Source: Granulosicoccaceae bacterium
GTDB lineage: Bacteria; Pseudomonadota; Gammaproteobacteria; CALCKW01
Assembly: GCA_049607125.1 (NCBI GenBank)
Contig: JBMYWE010000001.1
Location: 1 to 33,724, forward strand
Direction: 5' to 3'
Length of the DNA: 33,724 nt
Position numbers and translations under genes: made by a program. The notes beneath the pieces are model-generated. The model worked only from the letters and a program-made list of their open reading frames with translations, was not told the origin of the DNA and did no database searches. Shown here in pieces: positions 7,603-15,078 of the stretch (position 1 is its first letter; every line of letters begins with the position of its first letter).

Positions 7603-7687
7603 AATATTTTTGCTTAAATAGACTGTTGTCTGGTCGGATGGCTATGCGAAGATGCAAGAGGTGCCACCGAGCAAGAAGAAACGAAGC

Positions 7688-8173
7688 ATGATCAGCACAA
7701 GAACCCTGACAGCGGCAGATCAAGCACACTTGTGGCATTGGCTACACCTGGCCTTGTGGGACCCGCCGCCCGCCGGACTGCGTCCTATCCGTGTCTTGAA
7801 CGAGCCGGGAACTCGAATCTATGCCGAGCACTGGGGGCGCCCCGGAGATTTGGGTTTACTGGCCCAAAAGCAAGGAAAAAACATAGGTGCATGCTGGATG
7901 AGATGCCTGCCCGAGAGTGAAGGTTTAGCCTTTGTCGACGCGCAGACTCCGCAATTGGGTATTTCACTGGAAGAGGTTCACCGAGGCAGGGGCTATGGAG
8001 AGCAGCTGATGCGGGCGACTCTGCGTGCCGCCAAACAAGCCGGTTACCGCCAAGTCTCCCTGACGGTGCACCCAGAGAACCCCGCGCAAAGAGCCTATCG
8101 CCGCTGCGGGTTTGAAAGCATCGGTACTCGCCAGCATTACCAGTTGATGTTAGTTAAGCTGCCCTCGCGCTAA
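7688..8173 (+). CDS. GNAT family N-acetyltransferase
   Basis: The acetyl-CoA binding motif HRGRGYGEQLMRATL and the C-terminal NPAQRAYRRCGFESIG are present. The start could be ATG 7688 (MISTRTL) or ATG 7652. Confidence 0.8.
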   Translation: MISTRTLTAADQAHLWHWLHLALWDPPPAGLRPIRVLNEPGTRIYAEHWGRPGDLGLLAQKQGKNIGACWMRCLPESEGLAFVDAQTPQLGISLEEVHRGRGYGEQLMRATLRAAKQAGYRQVSLTVHPENPAQRAYRRCGFESIGTRQHYQLMLVKLPSR

Positions 8174-8447
8174 TTTGGCAACAACGTCACCCACTCAGGG
8201 GTAGCTACCTCCAGTAGCATCTCTCAGTCGGATCACCGTGTCCGAATATCAAAACCGCTCTCCCACCAGATCTTAGCGGCATGCGTAACTGCGATGTATC
8301 ACTTGAACGCTACAAGTCGTGTGAAAATTTCAAATAGGACAAAAAAAACGATCGTCACTTGATCCTGACAGAAAGCTGCTTAATGATGAGTCAATCACCA
8401 AATTCGCAAAAATGGTGAATCAACTTTGGTACAGGCGGGAGAAAGTC

Positions 8448-8741
8448 GTGAATCAATTTGTAACAGGTGCTATCTCACTCGCGTTGCTGTTCGGTGCAAC
8501 GTCAGCACTCGCATGCACGCTAGACACTGATTGCGACATAGGCAGCCAATGCGTAAAAAGTGACGAAGGTATTTATGGTGCCTGCGTGGGTGGGTTGTTT
8601 CCGGGTAACAGCGAAAAAGACCCTATACATGCCATCAGTGGGGGCAACAGCAGTTACGGCAACAGCTGCACGTTCGACATAGACTGTGACACAGGGTCAC
8701 GCTGTGTTAAAAATGGCGGTGTGTTTGGCGCCTGTCTGTAA
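8448..8741 (+). CDS. Secreted cysteine-rich mini-protein with two tandem 4-Cys modules
   Basis: GTG at 8448 is preceded by GGGAGA; the alternative ATG at 8412 is in frame. The signal peptide FVTGAISLALLFGATSALA ends in A-L-A. The two modules are CTLDTDCDIGSQCVKSDEGIYGAC and CTFDIDCDTGSRCVKNGGVFGAC. Confidence 0.6.
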   Translation: MNQFVTGAISLALLFGATSALACTLDTDCDIGSQCVKSDEGIYGACVGGLFPGNSEKDPIHAISGGNSSYGNSCTFDIDCDTGSRCVKNGGVFGACL

Positions 8742-8748
8742 GTCTCAA

Positions 8749-9117
8749 ATGAGTGATGCGCTGAGAACAACCGAAATAAAGGCATTTGTGCCAGCAAAAG
8801 ATTTTGCTCTGAGTAAGGCTTTTTACGCCGACATAGGTTTTACGCAAGCCAGTGAAGGTGGCGGGGTGGCCTATTTTCATCGCGGTAGCAGTAGCTTTTT
8901 GTTGCAAGATCACTGTGTCTTAGCGCATGCAGAAAGCCTTTGCATGCACCTGTTGGTGGAAGATGTCCACGCTTGGCACCGGCATCTGCTTGAGCGTCAA
9001 ATTGTCGAGAAATATTCTGTTAAATTGACTGACCCCATAGAGCAGCCTTGGCGCATGATCGACTTCAGCCTGACAGACCCAAGTGGTGTTTGTTGGCGCA
9101 TTGCACAGAATATCTAG
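8749..9117 (+). CDS. VOC (glyoxalase / bleomycin-resistance / dioxygenase) superfamily protein
   Basis: ATG at 8749 lies 7 nt after the stop of the Cys-rich gene. Family-typical segments: IKAFVPAKDFALSKAFYADIGF, MHLLVEDVHAWH and EQPWRMIDFSLTDPSGVCWRIAQ. Confidence 0.75.
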   Translation: MSDALRTTEIKAFVPAKDFALSKAFYADIGFTQASEGGGVAYFHRGSSSFLLQDHCVLAHAESLCMHLLVEDVHAWHRHLLERQIVEKYSVKLTDPIEQPWRMIDFSLTDPSGVCWRIAQNI

Positions 9118-9381
9118 TGGATTATCAAGAAAATAAATTAGGATTCAGCGGATGTCGAAAAAACGCTAAAACCAAGTCCACTGGCCCCCTTATAAATCGA
9201 AGCAGATAATAAGCTCTGTTTGACAACTGCCCTTCGGAAGCTTTTTTGCAGCCCTGTCGCTTTCGAGCCGTGCAGGCTTATAGCTCTTGAACCTAACCCG
9301 TTATGCCCTTCGAGTACTGCCTAACGAGAATCCAGCAACAACAGCTCTAAACTCGTCATCGTCCCCAAACAGGCCATTAGC

Positions 9382-9741
9382 ATGCTAGATCACTTCAATA
9401 TTCCCGTCAGCCATATTGAGCACAGTAATCGGTTGTATCGACCACTGTTAAGCTTGTTGGGAATGCAAGAGCTGTATCGAGATGAGTATGTCATCGGCTA
9501 TGGCGACTCACATTGGGTGTTTGGCTTGGAGCGTGTCGATCATCCCATCAACCCTCTGCATTTTGCGCTGCGTGCCTCCTCAAACGCGCAAGTCGCTCAG
9601 TTCTACAATTTGGCTCTTGAGCATGGCGCGCGCGACAACGGAGCTCCAGGCCTACGAGCAGAATATGGCGCGCATTACTTTGCTGCCTATGTACTCGACC
9701 TCGACGGCCACAATCTCGAAGTAGTGCATCGCGGCGAGTAA
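9382..9741 (+). CDS. VOC (glyoxalase/dioxygenase) superfamily protein
   Basis: 119 aa. MLDHFNIPVSHIEHSNRLY...HFALRASS...YGAHYFAAYVLDLDGHNLEVV is a typical single-module VOC fold. Confidence 0.8.
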   Translation: MLDHFNIPVSHIEHSNRLYRPLLSLLGMQELYRDEYVIGYGDSHWVFGLERVDHPINPLHFALRASSNAQVAQFYNLALEHGARDNGAPGLRAEYGAHYFAAYVLDLDGHNLEVVHRGE

Positions 9742-9747
9742 AAACAC

Positions 9748-10125
9748 TCACCATGCGATGGCGTAGCTCAGACCTACAATCAGAGCAAAACCCAGCAACA
9801 GCAGCAAGGTTTTGTTGCTGTGTTGAGCAATACTCGGTGCCTCGAGAGTAGTTTGCTCCGAGGTGTAGGCGTCAATGTGCTCCATCGCCGCTTCAAAATC
9901 TTGCTCTTCCACATACACCTGAGCCAAATCTGTAGGCGCCAGATCTCCCACGCCACCTTGTAGAAAATGACCGCCAACATGGGAGCTGATGCCGTGTGAT
10001 TCCAGAAGACCAGCCACTATATGGGCATCGGTAAGATTGGCGGCGCGGTAGGCGATAATCACAGGCTTAAGTCCAATGAAGGCGGGCGGATTTACATGAT
10101 GCGGCACTTCACTCAGTCCTCGCAA
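9748..10125 (-). CDS. DUF2007-like (putative signal-transducing) domain protein with a C-terminal TM anchor
   Basis: VIIAYRAANLTDAHIVAGLLESHGISSHV...VYVEEQDFEAAMEHI resembles DUF2007. The C-terminal LLLLLGFALIVGLSYAIAW is hydrophobic. The start is uncertain: TTG 10125, GTG 10107 (GAGGA 9 nt upstream) or GTG 10062. Confidence 0.6.
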   Translation of the reverse strand: MRGLSEVPHHVNPPAFIGLKPVIIAYRAANLTDAHIVAGLLESHGISSHVGGHFLQGGVGDLAPTDLAQVYVEEQDFEAAMEHIDAYTSEQTTLEAPSIAQHSNKTLLLLLGFALIVGLSYAIAW

Positions 10126-10306
10126 GACCGAAATCGCTGCCGAGTAGCGTATTTCTGAACCAGAGGTCGCGTATTTCGGCCTTTAAAACACCGACGTCGA
10201 CCGCAGAATATCTCTGTCGCCGCTCATCAAGAGCACGACTGACGTGCCGCCGCAGTGCCAAGTGGTGTTGAGGGCAGGCTGTCACAACTTGATAAAGGAG
10301 ACCCAC

Positions 10307-10657
10307 ATGGGTATCAAACGATTGATTGCTATCGCTGCATTGGCTCTTTCACTGGGCACCGCCGCGCAGGCCGACACACCGTTCGGTCACATCAGCGCCG
10401 CTTCGCAGCACTCTGCACAGGCATCTGCACACGCAAGTGCTGCGGGTGTCAAAGGGGTATCGGCGGTGGTAGCCGTGCCGTTTCTGGCCGTGGGCAGCGT
10501 GGGTGCTGTCAGCCAACAAGTGGGAGAAGCGGCCTTGCAGCTTGCCACAAAACCGCTGCCTATCGGCGATGAGGTAGTGCATCAGCGAGTGCCAAAAGCG
10601 GCAGCTCAACCAGCAAAAACCCCTTCACCGGACTTGGCATTGAGGAGTAATCACTAA
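10307..10657 (+). CDS. Small secreted/membrane-associated Ala-rich protein
   Basis: ATG at 10307 is preceded by AAGGAG. The signal peptide is MGIKRLIAIAALALSLGTAAQA. There is an internal hydrophobic stretch, GVSAVVAVPFLAVGSVGAV. The stop overlaps the next gene's ATG (TAATG at 10655-10659). Confidence 0.6.
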   Translation: MGIKRLIAIAALALSLGTAAQADTPFGHISAASQHSAQASAHASAAGVKGVSAVVAVPFLAVGSVGAVSQQVGEAALQLATKPLPIGDEVVHQRVPKAAAQPAKTPSPDLALRSNH

Positions 10658-11466
10658 TGCAGAGTTTTTTGAAAAGATGCGTGTTGGTGTTTGCCATGGT
10701 GGTGGCGATGGTGTCTGCCACTCACGCGTGGGCTGGGAGCAGCCAAGCTGCTGGCTCGCCAGCATTGGCGGCTGAGCGAGTAGCCAGTTTCTCAAAGCAA
10801 GTGGAGCGTGAGTTGGCTGATAGTGGTGCCAGAGTAGCTATATTGGCACGCACAGGTCGTCCACGCAGCGAGCTACCACAAGGTGTTCGCTACACCCATG
10901 TGGGTCTGGCGGTCTACTCGGCCTTGACTCTGGATAATGGAGAGGTGCAGCCTGGATACGCTATCTATAACTTGTATCAGCAGCCACATCGGCAAGATCG
11001 CAGTCAGTTAGTGCAGGACTATCCCTTCGATTTCTTTGCACCGGTGCCGCTGCTCCGCGCAGGCGTTATTGTCCCAACGCCTGAGTTACAGCAGCGTCTA
11101 CTACAAGTAATCACCGGTCCAGTCTATCGGCGGTTACATAACAATAGATACTCGGTGATTGCCAACCCCCATAACAACCAAAGGCAAAACTGTACTGAGT
11201 TTGTGTTGAATGTAGTGCAAGCTGCGTTGTATGCGCGTGATGATATGGCCTATATCAAGCATAGTTTGCGAGATCATTTCCGACCCACAAAGCTGAACAC
11301 AAGCCCGCTAAAGCTAATGGCTGGCGCTGTATTCAGTGAAGGCATCAGTTTGCGGGATCAGGGTGCTCAAGTACACACGGCTACTTTTGGCAGCATAGCG
11401 GACTACTTCAGGCGCTATGGTTTAGAGCAGGAGGTAATGCACCTAGACGAAGAGCTGCAGAGTTAA
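10657..11466 (+). CDS. Secreted protein with a His...Cys motif pair reminiscent of permuted NlpC/P60 (LRAT-like) thiol hydrolases/acyltransferases
   Basis: The signal peptide ends in THAWA. YTHVGLAVY (His81) is followed about 100 residues later by QNCTEFVLNV (Cys179); compare the LRAT/H-Rev107 pattern HxxIY ... NCEHFV. It is translationally coupled to the upstream gene. Confidence 0.65.
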   Translation: MQSFLKRCVLVFAMVVAMVSATHAWAGSSQAAGSPALAAERVASFSKQVERELADSGARVAILARTGRPRSELPQGVRYTHVGLAVYSALTLDNGEVQPGYAIYNLYQQPHRQDRSQLVQDYPFDFFAPVPLLRAGVIVPTPELQQRLLQVITGPVYRRLHNNRYSVIANPHNNQRQNCTEFVLNVVQAALYARDDMAYIKHSLRDHFRPTKLNTSPLKLMAGAVFSEGISLRDQGAQVHTATFGSIADYFRRYGLEQEVMHLDEELQS

Positions 11467-11515
11467 TTTGAGCGAGGGTGGGCGCCTACCTCGGTGGGCG
11501 CCCTAACTTAGGCAA

Positions 11516-12841
11516 ATGACGCCAATGGTGTTGCAAAGAAGAACGATTCGCATTACGATGGTCGTAAATGGAAATGAGACCTTCGCTATGTGCCAATTGT
11601 TAAAAGCTGACGAAGATCAAATGCGATCAGCAGTACAGCCGCTGCCAGTGCCTACGGCAGCCAAGCCCACTGCTGCACAGCGTCGGCGGTTAAAGCTCTG
11701 GGAGCTGCCTGAATCGCGCCATTGCATGATTATCGGCACTTGCCTGAGCGTTGCCGAGGCGAGGGGCCAGCTTGAGCGTGTCGGTTTAGATGTCCGGCAT
11801 CTGAGCGATTATCAAATTCACACCTACGCGGTGCAGACAGCGGGTGAGAAAAAAAACAAACTAGCGCTGCGCCTGCAGCGATTGCTCGATAGTAAGTACG
11901 CCTCTGAAATTCGTCGATTTTCACAAGCAACCACTGTAGAGGAACTATCAGCTCTGTGGTATCAAGCCGCACGAGAAGGGCTGATTGCCGGTTCCGTCTG
12001 GGCTGTTTCAACTCACCCCTGCTTGGATGAGAGCTTGAGCTACGATGTTTTTGGTGAGGTACACATGATGTCACACCTGCAAGGCGCGAGCGGAAGGCGC
12101 AAGAACTCGCAGCTCAAAAAGACCAAAGCACGCGTGACAGAGCTAGAAAATGAACTGGCAGCTGTGCGTGCAGCAGAGCAAAAGCGGCGCGATCGGGAAC
12201 TCGCCCGAATCGTGTCACTCAATCAGGAGCTCAGCGAACTGCGAATTTCCAAGGCCAAACACGGCCAGCGCTCGGCCATGGCCACGGCAGCGCAAAAGTC
12301 CAGTAAAGAGCTTGTTCGCCAGCGACAATTGGCTGTGGTACAGAGTGAGCGAGTAGAGCGCCAAGCCGAAGAGATACAGCGACTCAAGCAGGATCTGCTC
12401 GACCTAGGTGAGCAGCTGGAGCAACAGCAGAGCGTGAATGTTCAGCTGGAGCAAGCAATCGAAAACCTACTGCCGTGTGGCGCCTCATCCAAGCAGTGCG
12501 AAACTGACTTGCGAGGGCGCTGTATATTGTACTTGGGCGGGCACAACCACCTGTGCCAACGGTTTAGGTCGATAGTCGAGTCAAAGCAGGGAGAGTTCCT
12601 GCATCACGACGGTGGCAAAGAGCAACAGCTCAATCATTTGCAGGGTCTTTTACACCGAGCAGATGCCGTATTTTGTCCTACAGAACGTATTAGCCACAAT
12701 GCCATGAACAAGGCGCGCAAACTGTGTAAGGAGAATCCTGATAAACCCCTCGTCTTTCTAGAACGCCCCAGTATCAGTGCTTTTATTAGTGGTTTGAGCA
12801 AGCTGCCCCGTGGAGCGAAAACAGCTGCACAAGCCGATTGA
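11516..12841 (+). CDS. DUF2325 domain protein with a long central coiled coil
   Basis: The C-terminus ILYLGGHNHLCQRFRSIVESKQGEFLHHDGGKEQ...ADAVFCPTERISHNAMNKARKLCK matches the DUF2325 pattern. The N-terminal part has RRRLKLWELPESRHCMIIGTCL...VWAVSTHPC...HMMSH. The middle is rich in heptad-like Q/E/R/L. The start codon is uncertain; several in-frame ATGs lie between 11516 and 11621. Confidence 0.75.
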   Translation: MTPMVLQRRTIRITMVVNGNETFAMCQLLKADEDQMRSAVQPLPVPTAAKPTAAQRRRLKLWELPESRHCMIIGTCLSVAEARGQLERVGLDVRHLSDYQIHTYAVQTAGEKKNKLALRLQRLLDSKYASEIRRFSQATTVEELSALWYQAAREGLIAGSVWAVSTHPCLDESLSYDVFGEVHMMSHLQGASGRRKNSQLKKTKARVTELENELAAVRAAEQKRRDRELARIVSLNQELSELRISKAKHGQRSAMATAAQKSSKELVRQRQLAVVQSERVERQAEEIQRLKQDLLDLGEQLEQQQSVNVQLEQAIENLLPCGASSKQCETDLRGRCILYLGGHNHLCQRFRSIVESKQGEFLHHDGGKEQQLNHLQGLLHRADAVFCPTERISHNAMNKARKLCKENPDKPLVFLERPSISAFISGLSKLPRGAKTAAQAD

Positions 12842-12887
12842 CAATATGGGTTTAAAAGGAGGTTTCGATGAACCTCCTAGACTTGAT

Positions 12888-13598
12888 CTAGCGCTTGTAC
12901 CCGCCGCGAACCTTGTCTCCGCGAGAACGTATGAAGTCTTCAGCATTCGCCTCGATCGCTGTACGCAATTCGTCGTTTGCTTCGATAACGGTGCTGGCCA
13001 GCTCGAACTGGGCCATGCGCGTTTCGCGGGCAGTCTCGCGAATAAGGCGGATCTCGCTGTGCTCGGCGCCTGCCTCTCGCGCTTCGGCCACTTGTTCTCT
13101 CACTGCATCGAGCGCCAATTGGTTGGCCACTAAACTTGCGGCTTGTTGTTCACTGGCCGCTGCGAGCAGCAGGGCGAAGTTGTCATCGATGCGCAAGGCG
13201 TTGACCACCAAGTGGTGCGCATCATGTTCGGCTTCTACATGCGCCTCTACGCTAGCCTGTAACTCGGCATCGTTGTCGACTAGGGCTTGCACGTCGCTGC
13301 GCAGCGTTCGGCGTGCGAGCTTGAGCGCGTTGTGGGCAACATCGATAGCTGCTTGGTCTTGGGTGTCGGCATCGACCAGTGCAACCAGGGTCTCACGCAG
13401 TGTCTCAAGATTGTCTAGCTGTGCTCGCAGGTTAGCAGCGTTGCTGTCGTCGACGGCGGCAATAACCAGCTCGACGGCGGTGGTCGAGTGGTGGTGATGG
13501 TGTGCGCCGTCACGCTGAGAGCCAGCATGAGCGCTGAAGCTGAGCAGTGCGCTTGCCAAGCCAAAGGCGATTAGTGTTTTTCTCATGCCGAGTTTCAT
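12888..13598 (-). CDS. Secreted, acidic, all-helical protein with an N-terminal penta-His tract
   Basis: ATG at 13598 has GGAG 6 nt upstream. The signal peptide is MKLGMRKTLIAFGLASALLSFSAHA, and the mature N-terminus is GSQRDGAHHHHHS. The rest is A/E/D/L-rich and helical. I recognise no family with confidence. Confidence 0.7.
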   Translation of the reverse strand: MKLGMRKTLIAFGLASALLSFSAHAGSQRDGAHHHHHSTTAVELVIAAVDDSNAANLRAQLDNLETLRETLVALVDADTQDQAAIDVAHNALKLARRTLRSDVQALVDNDAELQASVEAHVEAEHDAHHLVVNALRIDDNFALLLAAASEQQAASLVANQLALDAVREQVAEAREAGAEHSEIRLIRETARETRMAQFELASTVIEANDELRTAIEANAEDFIRSRGDKVRGGYKR

Positions 13599-13842
13599 GG
13601 GGATCTCCAATATCGTTTGATTTTTCGCAGCAATTAGATTTGCGATGAGCTGATTATTGGAGACAAATAGGAGGATTCAGAGAGGGTTTTACCGAGCTTT
13701 ACACTGGGATGTCGAAAGACGCTGTAAAACGCCGCCTTTCCATCAATATGAAGGGATTGTGCAGACAGGTTCAACGCCTTCATCGGGCGGTGAGTGCAGA
13801 GGTAACCAAGAGAAGCAGAGTGCCTCTCTTGTATATGGTGCT

Positions 13843-14973
13843 CTAGCCGGCGCTGGCAGTCAGTGCTTGCTTGAATCGCTCAACAGTGGCATCGACATCG
13901 GCGAGCTTGTCGAGGCCGAATAGGCCTATACGAAAAGTTTGGTAGTCGGCGGGTTCGTTGCAGCGCAGCGGCACACCGGCGGCGATTTGCACCCCAGCAG
14001 CGGCAAATTTTTTGCCGTTGTGTAAATCCACGTCGTCGGTATAGACCACCACCACACCTGGCGCTTCAAAACCTTGGGCAGCAACAGATTGGTAGCCAGA
14101 TTCTGCCAATACGGCACGTATCTTCTGGCCCAATTCAATTTGCTTGGCTTTGACGTTGTCTAGCCCTAGTGCCACTGTCTCAGCAGCGACATCGCGGAAT
14201 TGACGCAGTGCGTCGGTGGGCATGGTGGCGTGATAGGCGTGACCGCCGCCGGTATACGCCTGCATGATCTGATGCCATTTTTTCAAGTCGCAGGCGAAAC
14301 TGCTGCTTTCGCTTTGATCCATGGCGGTCAGTGCGCGTTCGCTGAGCATGGCCAAACCTGCGCAGGGGGGACCACTCCAGCCCTTTTGCGGAGCGCTAAT
14401 TAGAACGTCAACGCCCAGTGCTTGCATGTCGACCCAAACCGTACCTGAAGCGATGCAGTCCAAAATAAACAGGCCGCCGACAGCGTGGGTTGCTTCAGCC
14501 ACCGCTTGGATGTAGTCATCGGGCAGCATCATGCCGGAAGACGTTTCTACGTGCGGGGCAAACACTACCTGAGGTCGTTCAGTTTGGATGGTTTCTATCA
14601 CTTCAGCTAGATCGACCGGAGCGAAAGGCTGTTGGTGCCCGGGGCTGGCCTGACGAGCGCGCAACACGGTGCTGTGCGAGGCGATGTGTCCGGCATCGAG
14701 AATTTGGGTCCAGCGAAAACTAAACCAGCCATTGCGGATGATCAGCGTGTGCTTTTCATCGGCGAATTGACGGGCAACTGCCTCCATAGCGAAAGTGCCG
14801 CTGCCGGGGACAATCACTGCTGCTTGCGCGTTGTAGACATCGCACAGGGTACTGTGCAGGTCGCGCATCACCCCTTGAAATTCTTGCGACATATGGTTGA
14901 GTGAGCGATCGGTGTAGACCACCGAAAATTCGAGCAGTCCGTCCGGGTCGACGTCGGGCAACAGGGCTGGCAT
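13843..14973 (-). CDS. Class V (AGXT-type) PLP-dependent aminotransferase
   Basis: 376 aa. Characteristic segments are VYTDRSLNHMSQEF, GGLFILDCIASG and the PLP-lysine context ISAPQKGWSGP. Confidence 0.85.
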   Translation of the reverse strand: MPALLPDVDPDGLLEFSVVYTDRSLNHMSQEFQGVMRDLHSTLCDVYNAQAAVIVPGSGTFAMEAVARQFADEKHTLIIRNGWFSFRWTQILDAGHIASHSTVLRARQASPGHQQPFAPVDLAEVIETIQTERPQVVFAPHVETSSGMMLPDDYIQAVAEATHAVGGLFILDCIASGTVWVDMQALGVDVLISAPQKGWSGPPCAGLAMLSERALTAMDQSESSSFACDLKKWHQIMQAYTGGGHAYHATMPTDALRQFRDVAAETVALGLDNVKAKQIELGQKIRAVLAESGYQSVAAQGFEAPGVVVVYTDDVDLHNGKKFAAAGVQIAAGVPLRCNEPADYQTFRIGLFGLDKLADVDATVERFKQALTASAG

Positions 14974-15078
14974 GCTGTGGCATCCTTGAGATGTAAAAGA
15001 GCGATGATGCCACAGCCTGCGCTACTGTGATATATCATCTGCCGTTTTGTCTGATACTGTTGTCGGTATTGTTTCCCC

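Noticed and set aside
7571-7738. N-terminal extension of the imuA ORF (tracked as 6893-7738, 281 aa)
   Set aside because: The extension would translate through the LexA operator and the AT-rich promoter region. Its peptide (MPQVCLICRCQGSC...KQKYLLFIFTVYTLC) is unlike ImuA. The ImuA homology starts at the ATG at 7570.
12895-13497. 200-aa plus-strand ORF, very rich in Ser, Ala and Arg
   Set aside because: It is fully antisense to the His-tract secreted-protein gene. Its low-complexity S/A/R composition is typical of a shadow frame in GC-rich coding DNA, and it has no RBS or recognisable motif.
13657-13923. 88-aa plus-strand ORF between the His-tract gene and the aminotransferase gene
   Set aside because: It has a non-ATG start and overlaps the 3' end of the aminotransferase CDS. 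It has no motif and probably lies within the promoter or terminator spacer.
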